64,000 nt of DNA, from positions 5,280,729-5,344,728 of the forward strand of contig OZ037770.1 in NCBI GenBank assembly GCA_964035545.1, in the 5' to 3' direction. Of this stretch, positions 25,401 to 40,000 are shown in pieces; position 1 is the stretch's first letter, and the number at the start of each line of letters is the position of its first letter. Origin of the DNA: Bugula neritina (taxonomy: Eukaryota; Animalia; Bryozoa). A program made the position numbers and the translations under genes. Under the pieces are notes generated by a model. It was not told the DNA's origin. It searched no databases and saw nothing but the letters and a program-made list of their open reading frames with translations.

Positions 25401-26649
25401 TTAATTGTGTAATGATTCATAAGAATTTAGAATAAAGTAGTTAGAAAAACACTGATGCTGTGGCCCCCAGCTCAAAGTGAATTTTACAGTGTGGCCCTTG
25501 CCACTAGTATTTTCCCTTTCAGTGACCCTCATTCTATAGTTAGATGGACATGCTCTACTGATAACATGCTATTTTCATAATCTTTGTTGAGTATGCCTAC
25601 AGCCTAAGTAATGTGACTACAAGTAGAATAGAATACTGCTAGCACCTAGCAGAGGCTTTCAAACAGAGTCCACGCTTTTTAAGCTGTTGCAAAATTTTCT
25701 CTTTCTAATCAGTGTTGTGGTATAAAGTTATGTGATTATGGTTTTCATAGTAAAATCAAAATTTAGCAGGTCAAATTATCTAACTTGGATAACTTCTCAA
25801 ATTTTCCAGTTACACATTTTTTACTTTTTACTGATTCTTAGTATAATAACATTCCAATAGAAAAAGAATGAATGAGTTACCTCGACTAACCGGACCACTT
25901 TCCACGAGAACATTCCCACCGTAATCATCTATTAGCTTCTGTAGAACTTCTCTTCTCTCTGGAGGCAACTCACTTAAGACCTCTTTGAACTCTTTCAGTT
26001 GTCCATTCTTGGCCAGACATTGAAGAACTGTATCCTTGTCTCTGGTGGTCAATGTGAAAAATCTTTGAAGCTCTTCAGCAGACAGAGATGTTGTGATGTA
26101 CTTTACAACCTTCAGTCTTTGTTGTATTGCTGCCCAATGCAAAACATTGGCCCTTTCTCTTTCTGTTTGAACTTCGAGTAGTTCAACCCATCTGCTATAA
26201 GAATTGTTTTTTATCCATTTGATAATTTCAAATTCTGCCAAGTGTATGGCTGCGTAGCCATCGGCATCTTTGATAACTAAAAGTTCACACCTGCTGTCAT
26301 TGGGCACTTCGGAAATAAGAGCCTTGAAGACTGTCAGATTATTCTTTTCTGTTGCATAATGAACAGCTGTTTTGCTGCTATCATTGCAAGGCAACTTTAA
26401 GACTGTTGTTAGTTGAGATTGAATATTCTGACTGTCTGGTAACGCAAATAAACGACCCACTATGTTGCTAATAAGTTCAGCATTTGCACCTTTTGCTGCT
26501 GTTGAAAAGACTGTATGTCCATTCTCATTTTGAATCTTTTGTTCACTGCTCTGTTGTTCAAATGAGTCTCCAATGTCAATGCTTTCTTTCTGAACAATGC
26601 CATTAGAGTTAACATTGAGTACATCTAAAACTTCTTGCGATAATTCCAT
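16472..26649 (-). CDS. Ankyrin-repeat plus coiled-coil protein, about 499 aa
   Basis: Exons 26649-25881 (ankyrin-like NGHTVFSTAA, KTAVHYA, DADGYAAIHLA, ANVLHWAA, DTVLQCLA), 24343-24263, 23934-23872, 23398-23336, 21044-20970, 20424-20332, 20116-20021, 19113-18874, and tentative last exon 16491-16472. All junctions are GT-AG and phase 1; the small exons are heptad-rich (RVKKLQAENDVLKKQLQ, LVKDLKEENGALR). Confidence 0.8.
17276..17518. repeat. 27-bp minisatellite
   Basis: About 9 copies of cacataggcagtagcagtgagcaccca. Confidence 0.95.
20576..20776. mobile_element. Inverted-repeat element with a G-rich core
   Basis: aaaatggcacaggtgataatagcacaaat..aaaagtagg is mirrored by cctatttttccatttatgccattattacatgcgccatttt; the centre is ttggggttttggggttgggag...agggtttagggggtttgggg. 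Confidence 0.55.
21970..22590. repeat. 13-bp minisatellite, about 47 copies
   Basis: tagctactaac(t/a)a units with two interspersed variants. Confidence 0.97.
23512..23806 (+). mobile_element. Two tandem tRNA-like SINE heads (23512-23582 and 23735-23806)
   Basis: A-box-like TGGTGTAACGG, B-box-like GGTTTGATTCC, GTCCC...GGGGGCA termini, imperfect cloverleaf; degenerate third copy at ~24530-24595. Confidence 0.65.
25226..25500. mobile_element. Degenerate copy of the hAT-like MITE at 1182-1491
   Basis: Collinear shared segments: ctacatttatgt.gccct, aaggcataa, cctgcagtaa, gaataaagt, gctgtggcccc. Confidence 0.7.
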
Positions 26650-28015
26650 GTTTATACCTTGAGATGGGATGCACAAGCTCTTCAGAGTATAGTGAATCAC
26701 TCTTCTGTCCTTTGCAGTAACCACACTTCAACTGTGATTTGCTAGTTAATAAGATCAACCAAAGGCAACATTAACGGAGTATCAAATGGCTTGCATTTGA
26801 TATGTAAGTACAGTGTCACTTAATCAGTGCTGTAATCTTTCAAAGGCTAATCAGTGTTTTAACTAAAAGCCACTTGCACAAGGACAAAGTGTTGCTTGCA
26901 TTGTTCATGTAGCTCATATTTTCAATATTATACCTACATACAATACAATTAAATAATACACTACTTTGCACAGTACAATACAATACAATATTCTTATGAA
27001 TGTATAAAATGGTATACAGGGAATGCATGCAATTTGTGCAGCCATATGTTTATTATGCATTGTTTAAGCTCAGTTTATAGCAAGTTTGTGTGTAGTTTAG
27101 GCAAGTTTAAAGTCACTATCCCCTTGAAAATCCTTGATGGGAAGGTTTTGAATGAATTCATATTGATGCTTGCAAAGACGAACCTGTGGTTACAGTTTGC
27201 ATGAAAGTAATATTGCATGGCTTCATTGGTGCAACTCTTTCTTAACATCTAACGAAAAAATTTTAAGATAGCACAAGCAAAATTGTTTGTTCTTTCATAG
27301 CTTTATACAATACATACATATATACATATATACATATATACAAACATGTATACATAATATATCAATAAAAACATAAAATATAATAATATTATACATGCAT
27401 GCTATAAACAGTACGTAAGAATAAAATACAATGTGTACTTCTGACCTTGCCTTTCATTTGTCTCTTGATTTCAATAAAAAATATACACATTTGAAACAAA
27501 CAACATGGCCCCCTAATTAGATATATTAAATTATATTAAACTATATTATTGATGTGTTGATATTGTTATACTCTTTAGAGCTATTTCAGGTATAAGTATA
27601 TTGAGTGTTCTTATATAGGTGTTATAAGGCACCATTCTAAAGTGCTTTATAGATATTTGCAACTGCCACAGCCTTATAAAGCTGTCTGTTAGAATATAAT
27701 ATTATATCATGATGCATCTTATCAAGAATAAAAGAGAAACAAATTATATACAGCAGAAGACAATCATATCTCAACAGTACAACAAAGCATTTTGGTATGT
27801 GGGGAATTTTTTGCTTATTAATAGTGGCTATATAATATATATCTATTATTAAATATTTATTTTTGCAAGTTTTATTTAATATAATGAGTTTTGTTTTTTC
27901 TTGCGGTAGATTCTAGCATTTTCTATTTAGATTCTGTAAAAGTCACATGAGACATTTATTAAGTAAGAGGAGTTGTGCCACTCTGCCCATGTGTCAGTCA
28001 GTTTTCTGTACGGAG

Positions 28016-31000
28016 ATGGACAAACTAGAGTGGCTACTTTATGGTAACTCAAATCATATGCTTGAATTTTTTTCCTGTACATGTTAGTATTTAGATATCT
28101 ACAAACTTAATAAAATAATCATTCTTATATTATAAATATCATTTTATTATAAATATTATTCTAATATTATGCAAAATGTGGAAAAAAATCCTCAAACTAC
28201 TTAAAACCTGTAGGGTTTCGTAGAGCATTTCTTCTTTAAGTTGATTCTTTTAAAAACTTGAAATTCTAATAAAACTATCTTTTCAAAAATAACCACTCAT
28301 TTTAACTTTTTAATAACATAGTAAGAATTCTCGTTTTCATCTGTTAAATGAAGCACAGGAACAATTATGAGTAAATGCTTTTCCTAACATCATCAATGGC
28401 CTTTGTCTGGGCTCGAACCCAGACCTCCTGTTTATTAGGCAAACGTTCTAACCCCTAGACCACGGCTGCTCCCTATAGTATTATAGTAATTATATGTATT
28501 ATTATATTATTGTTGAAGTATTTTATTATTAAACTATTACACAATCATAATAACTATTATAAATTAACAATTTGCTCTCACTATTACTATCGAAATACTT
28601 CATTATTACTAATGCATATTATATTGTTATATTATATTGTTATATAAAGCATATTGTCATACAATTATAATATTATCTCATATAACTCGGTATTCCAGTT
28701 ATTGGAATCTTACTCAGTGGAGAACCTCTGAGGTCTTGTCAGCCATTTCCTGTTTCGGATAAAAGAGACTTCCTGTTTACAAGTTTCGCTAACCTAAATG
28801 GAGTTCAATTAAATGAGACATCGAATAAAGCTGAAGCAGTAAGTTATACCTGCAGAGGAGAGTTATATAGTATAGTATAGTATAGTATAGTATTATAGTA
28901 TAGTATAGTATATAGTATAGTATAGTATAGTGTAGTATAGTATAGTATAGTATAGTATAGTATAGTATAGTGTATAGTATAGTATAGTATAGTATAGTAT
29001 AGTATAGTATAGTATAGTATAGTATAGTATAGTATAGTATAGTGTAGTGTAGTATAGTATAGTATAGTATAGTATAGTATAGTATAGTATAGTATAGTAT
29101 AGTATATTGTATAGTATAGTATAGTATAGTGTAGTATAGTATAGTGTAGTGTAGTATAGTATAGCATAGTATAGTATAGTATAGTATAGTATAGTATAGT
29201 ATTGTATAGTATAGTATAGTATAGTATAGTATAGTATAGTATAGTATAGTATAGTATAGTATAGTATAGTATAGTATTATAGTATAGTATAGTATAGTGT
29301 AGTATAGTATATAGTATAGTATAGTATAGTATAGTATAGTATAGTGTAGTGCATGTAACACCATATATGAGCTGTTTGTGTTTTGAATTTCAGAGTGCTG
29401 AGCTGAGGTCGGCTGCTGCATTACAAAATGAACCATCTGAAGTCTTTTTTGTAAGTTTCTACATCTGATATTACATAAAAATTAGGGTGGGTTCTTGGGT
29501 AACTACCCTTCAATTTAACAATTCATTCAGGGAATCTAAGGTAGATTTAACATGGTCTAATCTAGTCCAGGGTAGGGTCAGTATATAACTATGAACAATA
29601 TATCTGAGAGAGGATCCAGTTGTAACTCTACAAGTTGCGACTTTGAAGGTAGTGGTGATATGTTTTCAATGTTTTCAATCAACCAATCGAAATCTGGAGA
29701 AAATTAGCTTTAGTATAAAATATATTATGTAAAAATTTATAAACTGCTACACAAATATTATTACCATCAATGACATTAGCCTATATATAAACATGTTTTG
29801 ATCAACTTTTTTTATTTTTCAAAATTCACAAGTTATAAGCTTAGATGCAAAGTTGAATTAAAGCTATCTTGTAATTCAACTCAAGATCGGTAGCTTCTTG
29901 TCTACAATGATTCACATCTGAATATATTGCTAATTTTTAACCTATGGCCATTTGATCCCCTAAGAGGGCTAACATTGGCAGGTTAAGTTTCTAATTACAA
30001 CTTCAACCTGCAGCCAACTGTAGTCTTCTTAAAAGACGGCTCCTTTAGTTTAGCATCCTGTTTCTAAGAGAGATAACTCTAGATAATGAATTTTTCATAT
30101 TGGGCTGGTTTTATTTGCTCTGTCAATAACAAAAACATGTGTGAATATTACGGCCCAATAGAAAAAATTACTTCACTGGTAGTAAAACAAAATTTCATAA
30201 CCCAAAAGTGTAAAATAATACATAATAGGAGTTATTTTCCTTTAAAATATTTCCCACTAATATAGTGCCATTCAAAATACTTGCATCATGTTTCGTCCTA
30301 TAGATAAATGCTTTGACTTGCATTGGCAGAAGCATCACATAACGTAGAGTTGCGTTCTCTTTTAGGGGTTATCGAAATTAGAAGTCAACATTTTCGTGGC
30401 CATCTTCACCATTCTGAGTGTGCTATTTGCCTCCACTCTGATCGTTCTGCTCGTACAGGCCTGTAGCCCCATGTGTATACATGTGTGTGTTTACAGGTAA
30501 ATATTCTTTTTGAAATCAACTTTGAAACAATAATTGTGCACATCGGACACAACTTATGAACTTTGCTATTTTAAAAACACAGAAACTTTCCATCTGCATA
30601 GCTTTTGAATTTTAAAACAACTGATAAAATGTTTTTATAAACCGAAAGTTTTAAACATTCATCGGTTATAGTTGATTAGCTTGAAAAGTAAATGTGTTAT
30701 ATGTGCATGCTATTACAAGAAAAATTAAAACATATATTATTAATCCATGCTTTATCAAAATCTGCGAAAATACATTTTTATTCTTTTTAAAAAGAGGTTA
30801 AAGCACTTCAATGAATATAAATAATGGTTTACTAACTTAACGAATAAGTTTTTACACACTGCGTTTCCCTGTATATATGTGTACAATCATTGCATGTTAG
30901 AATTGCATATAGTTTTTCTTGTATATTTTAAAGAGTTCTGTCGTGTCTTTGGATTAAAGAAAATATCCACACGACAGTTACAGTGACTCCATTTGGGATC

Positions 31001-34000
31001 TTTAGAAGGAGAAAGAGAATTTACCCAGATGAGTGAGTCACATTTATAGAGCAGATACTTTGTATTGCTATCTGGTGAATTCTTTTTCCATATACTAATG
31101 TAATTATCATTTTCTCATACCATAAAAGCCAATAAATATGTGATAATACAATATAAAGAAGCGAAAGAGAGCAGCCGTGGTCTAGGGGTTAGAGCCTTTG
31201 CCTAGTAAACACGAGGTCATGGGTTTGAGCGCTGACAAAGGCCATTGGTGATGTTAGGAAGAGCATCTAGTTATAATTGTTCCTGTGCCTTATTTGAATA
31301 AGCCCATAGCCTGCTTTAACAAACACCCTTTCCATCAGGGGTTTCCCACAGGGATAGTGACTATAAACTTGCGCGAGTATATAAAATGTTGGTAATTTCT
31401 TTAGCTTGTGAAAATCTTAATTGATGCTAAAATATTAAGTTTTGAGGCTGAATTTTCAGTGTGTATTGTTCGGTAACTTTGGCAGTTGGTATACAAAACA
31501 TCATATGTCAATAGTAATCAATAGTTATTGTTATCAACATAATATAACTAGTCAATGTGGCCATCAGTTCAATAGTCAGTGCTGCAGTAAAATGTGGACT
31601 GATATTAACAACATTTTACAGACGAGTAAACAAGTTTGGGGTGGTGAGTGGAATATTAAAGAAACCTTCATCAGAAATGTGAGTTGACCTAAAAGGCCCC
31701 TTTTATGCAAATGCCTCCTCGTTTATGCCTCAATATGTTATATATTCAGCAGAGCATATAATATTTAAATCATGTTTCAACATTATATTATATTATACAG
31801 TTTATACAGATATTGACACGAGCTATAAAGAAATGCAGCTTATATAGTGTAGCATGCTACGATAGAGTGTGCTGTGTTTAACTTAGTATAGGTTGCATGT
31901 ACTTTAGTATAATGATGTATGTAAACTAGTATTGATGTATTTATTTACATTAGCTATATTATGTTCTATATGTACGTTATTAAATTATATATGTCTGTTA
32001 TTATATGCTACATGACTGTCCGCATATATTATTTGGTTTCGAGCATGATATATGCCATGCAAGTAAATGCTAAAAGCCTATATGGCTATATGGCTGTCAG
32101 TATAGTATAAATATTATGTTACTGTCAGTATATATTATATTACTGCTAGTATATATTATATTACTGCTAGTATATATTATATTACTGCTAGTATATATTA
32201 TATTACTGCTATAGTATATATTATATTACTGCTAGTATATATTATATTACTGCTAGTATATATTATATTACTGCTAGTATATATTATATTACTGCTAGTA
32301 TATATTATATTACTGCTAGTATATATTATATCACTGCTGGTATATATTATATTACTGCTAGTATATATTATATTACTGCTAGTATATATTATATTACTAC
32401 TAGTATATATTATATTACTGCTAGTATATATTATATTACTGCTAGTATATAATATATTACTGCTATAGTATATATTATATCACTGCTAGTATATATTATA
32501 TTACTGCTAGTATATATTATATTACTACTAGTATATATTATATTACTGCTAGTATATATTATATCACTGCTAGTATATATTATATTACTACTAGTATATA
32601 TAATATTACTGCTAGTATATATTATATTACTGCTAGTATATATAATATTACTGCTAGTATATATTATATTACTGCTAGTATATATTATATTACTGTCAGT
32701 ATATATTATATTACTGCTAGTATATATTATATTACTGCTAGTATATATTATATTACTGCTAGTATATATTATATTACTGCTAGTATATATTATATTACTG
32801 TCAGTATATATTATATTACTGCTAGTATATATTATATTACTACTAGTATATATTATATTACTGCTAGTATATATTATATTACTGCTATAGTATATATTAT
32901 ATTACTGCTAGTATATATTATATTACTACTAGTATATATTATATCACTGCTAGTATATATTATATTACTGCTAGTATATATTATATTACTGCTAGTATAT
33001 ATTATATCACTGCTAGTATATATTATATTACTGCTATAGTATATATTATATTACTGCTAGTATATATTATATTACTGCTAGTATATATTATATTACTGCT
33101 ATAGTATATATTATAATACTGCTAGTATATATTATATCACTGCTAGTATATATTATATTACTGCTAGTATATATTATATTACTGCTAGCATATATTATAT
33201 TACTGCTAGTATATATTATATTACTGCTATAGTATATATTATGATACTGCTAGTATATATTATATCACTGCTAGTATATATTATATTACTGCTAGTATAT
33301 ATTATATTACTGCTAGTATATATTATATTACTGCTATAGTATATATTATAATACTGCTAGTATATATTATATCACTGCTAGTATATATTATATTACTGCT
33401 AGTATATATTATATTACTACTAGTATATATTATATCACTGCTAGTATATATTATATTACTGCTAGTATATATTAGATTACTGCTAGTATATATTATATTA
33501 CTGCTAGTATATATTATATTACTGTCAGTATATATTATATTACTGCTAGTATATATTATATTACTACTAGTATATATTATATTACTGCTATAGTATATAT
33601 TATATTACTGCTAGTATATATTATATCACTGCTAGTATATATTATATTACTGCTAGTATATATTATATTACTGCTAGTATATATTATATTACTGCTAGTA
33701 TATATTATATTACTGCTAGTATATATTATATTACTGTCAGTATATATTATATTACTGCTACAGTATATATTATATTACTGCTAGCATATATTATATTACT
33801 GCTATAGTATATATTATATCACTGCTAGTATATATTATATTACTGTCAGTATATATATTATATTACTACTAGTATATATTATATTACTGCTAGTATATAT
33901 TATATTACTGCTAGTATATATTATATTACTGCTGGTATATATTATATTACTGTCAGTATATATTATATTACTGCTAGTATATATTATATTACTGCTATAG

Positions 34001-37000
34001 TATATATTATATTACTGCTAGTATATATTATATTACTGCTAGTATATATTATATTACTACTAGTAAATATTATATTACTGCTAGTATATATTATATTACT
34101 GCTAGTATATATTATATTACTGCTAGTATATATTATATTACTGCTAGTATATATTATATTACTGCTAGTATATATTATATTACTGCTAGTATATATTATA
34201 TTACTGTCAGTATATATTATATTACTGCTATAGTATATATTATATTACTGCTAGCATATATTATATTACTGCTATAGTATATATTATATCACTGCTAGTA
34301 TATATTATATTACTGCTAGTATATATTATATTACTGCTAGTATATATTATATTACTGCTAGTATATATTATATCACTGCTAGTATATATTATATTACTGC
34401 TAGTATATATTATATTACTACTAGTATATATTATATTACTGCTAGTATATATTATATCACTGCTAGTATATATTATATTACTGCTAGTAAATATTATATT
34501 ACTGCTAGTATATATTATATTACTGCTATAGTATATATTATATTACTGCTAGTATATATTATATTACTGCTATAGTATATGTTATATTACTGCTATAGTA
34601 TATATTATATTACTGCTAGTATATATTATATTACTGCTAGTATATATTATATTACTGTCAGTATATATTATATTACTGCTAGTATATATTATATTACTGC
34701 TAGTATATATTATATTACTGTCAGTATATATTATATTACTGCTAGTATATATTATATTACTGCTAGTATATATTATATTGCTGCAAGTATATATTATATC
34801 ACTGCTAGTATATATTATATTACTGTCAGTATATATTATATTACTGCTATAGTATATATTATATTACTGCTAGTATATATTATATTACTACTAGTATATA
34901 TTATATTACTACTATAGTATATGTTATATTACTGCTAGTATATATTATATTACTGCTAGTATATATTATATTACTACTAGTATATATTATATTACTGCTA
35001 GTATATATTATATTACTGCTAGTATATATTATATTACTGCTAGTATATATTATATTACTGCTAGTATATATTATATTACTGTCAGTATATATTATATTAC
35101 TGCTAGTATATATTATATTACTGCTAGTATATATTATATTGCTGCAAGTATATATTATATTACTGCTAGTATATATTATATTACTGTCAGTATATATTAT
35201 ATTACTGCTATAGTATATATTATCTTACTGCTAGTATATATTATATTACTGCTAGTATATATTATATTACTGTCAGTATATATTATATTACTGCTAGTAT
35301 ATATTATATCACTGCTAGTATATATTATATTACTACTAGTATATATTATATTACTGCTAGTATATATTATATTACTGCTATAGTATATATTATATTACTG
35401 CTAGTATATATTATATTACTGCTAGTATATATTATATTACTGTCAGTATATATTATATTACTGCTATAGTATATATTATCTTACTGCTAGTATATATTAT
35501 ATTACTGCTAGTATATATTATATTACTGCTAGTATATATTATATTACTGCTAGTATATATTATAATACTGTCAGTATATATTATATTACTGCTAGTATAT
35601 ATTATATTACTGCTAGTATATATTATATCACTGTCAGTATATATTATATTACTGCTAGTATATATTATAATACTGCTAGTATATATTATATTACTGCTAG
35701 TATATATTATATTACTGCTATAGTATATATTATATTACTGCCAGTATATATTATATTACTACTAGTATATATTATATTACTGCTAGTATATATTATATTA
35801 CTACTAGTATATATTATATCACTGCTATAGTATATATTATATTACTGCTAGTATATATTATATCACTGCTAGTATATATTATATTACTACTAGTATATAT
35901 TATATTACTGCTAGTATATATTATATTACTGCTATAGTATATATTATATTACTGCTAGTATATATTATATTACTGTCAGTATATATTATATTACTGCTAG
36001 TATATATTATATCACTGCTAGTATATATTATATTACTGCTAGTATATATTATATTACTGCTAGTATATATTATATTACTGCTAGTATATATTATATCACT
36101 GCTAGTATATATTATATTACTGCTAGTATATATTATATTACTGCTAGTATATTTTATATTACTGCTAGTATATATTATATTACTGCTAGTATATATTATA
36201 TTACTGTCAGTATATATTATATTACTGCTAGTATATATTATATTACTGCTAGTATATATTATATTACTACTATAGTATATATTATATTACTGCTATAGTA
36301 TATATTATATTACTGCTAGTATATATTATATTACTGCTAGTATATATTATATTACTACTATAGTATATATTATATTACTGCTAGTATATATTATATTACT
36401 GCTATAGTATATATTACATTACTGCTAGTATATATTATATTACTGCTAGTATATATTATATTACTGCTAGTATATATTATATTACTGTCAGTATATATTA
36501 TATTACTGCTATAGTATATATTATATTACTGCTAGTATATATTATATTACTGTCAGTATATATTATATTACTGCTAGTATATATTATATTACTGCTAGTA
36601 TATATTATATTACTGCTAGTATATATTATATCACTGCTAGTAAATATTATATCACTGCTGGTATATATTATATTACTGCTAGTATATATTATATTACTGC
36701 TAGTATATATTATATCACTGTCAGTATATATTATATTACTGCTAGTATATATTATAATACTACTAGTATATAGTATATTACTGCTAGTATATATTATATC
36801 ACTGCTAGTATATATTATATTACTGCTAGTAAATATTATATTACTGCTAGTATATATTATATTACTGCTATAGTATATATTATATTACTGCTAGTATATA
36901 TTATATTACTGCTAGTATATATTATATTACTGCTAGTATATATTATATTACTGCTAGTATATATTATATTACTGCTAGTATATATTATATCACTGCTAGT

Positions 37001-40000
37001 ATATATTATATTACTGCTAGTATATATTATATTACTGCTAGTATATATTATATTACTACTAGTATATATTATATTACTGCTAGTATATATTATATTACTA
37101 CTAGTATATATTATATCACTGCTAGTATATATTATATTACTGTCAGTATATATTATATTACTGCTAGTATATATTATATCACTGCTAGTATATATTATAT
37201 TACTGCTAGTATATATTATATTACTGCTAGTATATATTATATCACTGCTAGTATATATTATATTACTGCTAGTATATATTATATTACTGCTAGTATATAT
37301 TATATTACTGCTAGTATATATTATATTACTACTAGTATATATTATATTACTGCTAGTATATATTATATCACTGCTAGTATATATTATATTACTGCTAGTA
37401 AATATTATATTACTGCTAGTATATATTATATTACTGCTATAGTATATATTATATTACTGCTAGTATATATTATATTACTGCTAGTATATATTATATTACT
37501 GCTAGTATATATTATATTACTGCTAGTATATATTATATTACTGCTAGTATATATTATATCACTGCTAGTATATATTATATTACTGCTAGTATATATTATA
37601 TCACTGCTAGTATATATTATATTACTGCTAGTATATATTATATTACTGCTAGTATATATTATATTACTACTAGTATATATTATATTACTGTCAGTATATA
37701 TTATATTACTGCTAGTATATATTATATTACTGTCAGTATATATTATATTACTGCTAGTATATATTATATTACTGCTATAGTATATATTATATTACTGCTA
37801 GTATATATTATATCACTGCTAGTAAATATTATATTACTGCTAGTATATATTATATTACTGCTAGTATATATTATATTACTACTAGTATATATTATATTAC
37901 TGCTAGTATATATTATATTACTACTAGTATATATTATATTACTGCTAGTATATATTATATTACTGCTAAAATATATTATATTACTGCTAGTATATATTAT
38001 ATTACTGCTAGTATATATTATATTACTGTCAGTATATATTATATTACTGCTAGTATATATTATATTACTGCTAGTATATATTATATTGCTGCAAGTATAT
38101 ATTATATTACTGCTAGTATATATTATATTACTGTCAGTATATATTATATTACTGCTATAGTATATATTATCTTACTGCTAGTATATATTATATTACTGCT
38201 AGTATATATTATATTACTGTCAGTATATATTATATTACTGCTAGTATATATTATATCACTGCTAGTATATATTATATTACTACTAGTATATATTATATTA
38301 CTGCTAGTATATATTATATTACTGTCAGTATATATTATATTACTGCTAGTATATATTATATTACTGCTAGTATATATTATATTACTGCTAGTATATATTA
38401 TATTACTGCTATAGTATATATTATATTACTGCTAGTATATATTATATTACTGCTAGTATATATTATATTACTGTCAGTATATATTATATTACTGCTATAG
38501 TATATATTATCTTACTGCTAGTATATATTATATTACTGCTAGTATATATTATATTACTGCTAGTATATATTATATTACTGCTAGTATATATTATAATACT
38601 GTCAGTATATATTATATTACTGCTAGTATATATTATATCACTGCTAGTATATATTATATCACTGTCAGTATATATTATATTACTGCTAGTATATATTATA
38701 ATACTGCTAGTATATATTATATTACTGCTAGTATATATTATATTACTGCTATAGTATATATTATATTACTGCCAGTATATATTATATTACTACTAGTATA
38801 TATTATATTACTGCTAGTATATATTATATTACTACTAGTATATATTATATCACTGCTATAGTATATATTATATTACTGCTAGTATATATTATATCACTGC
38901 TAGTATATATTATATTACTACTAGTATATATTATATTACTGCTAGTATATATTATATTACTGCTATAGTATATATTATATTACTGCTAGTATATATTATA
39001 TTACTGTCAGTATATATTATATTACTGCTAGTATATATTATATCACTGCTAGTATATATTATATTACTGCAAGTATATATTATATTACTGCTAGAGTATA
39101 TTATATTACTGCTATAGTATATGTTATATTACTGCTATAGTATATATTATATTACTGCTAGTATATATTATATTACTGTCAGTATATATTATATTACTGC
39201 TAGTATATATTATATTACTGCTAGTATATATTATATTACTGCTAGTATATATTATATTACTGTCAGTATATATTATATTACTGCTAGTATATATTATATT
39301 ACTGCTAGTATATATTATATTACTGCTAGTATATATTATATTACTGCTATAGTATATGTTATATTACTGCTATAGTATATATTATATTACTGCTAGTATA
39401 TATTATATTACTGCTATAGTATATGTTATATTACTGCTATAGTATATATTATATCACTGCTAGTATATATTATATTACTGCTAGTATATATTATATTACT
39501 GCTAGTATATATTATATTACTGTCAGTATATATTATATTACTGCTAGTATATATTATATTACTACTAGTATATATTATATTACTGCTAGTATATATTATA
39601 TTACTACTAGTATATATTATATTACTGCTAGTATATATTATATTACTGCTATAGTATATGTTATATTACTGCTATAGTATATATTATATCACTGCTAGTA
39701 TATATTATATCACTGCTAGTATATATTATATTACTGCTAGTATATATTATATTACTGTCAGTATATATTATATTACTGCTATAGTATATATTATATTACT
39801 ACTAGTATATATTATATTACTGCTAGTATATATTATATTACTGCTAGTATATATTATATCACTGCTATAGTATATGTTATATTACTGCTATAGTATATTA
39901 TATTACTGCTAGTATATATTATATTACTGCTATAGTATATGTTATATTACTGCTATAGTATATGTTATATTACTGCTATAGTATATATTATATTACTGCT

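Noticed and set aside
27931-28838. Alternative frame resembling a CUB-like domain (EELCHSAH...TLCGEPL)
   Set aside because: It needs a frame with two TAA stops just upstream; the phase-1 model using the 28699 acceptor is open and yields a signal peptide.
28789-29436. 215-aa YYTIL ORF
   Set aside because: Translation of the (TAGTA)n repeat.
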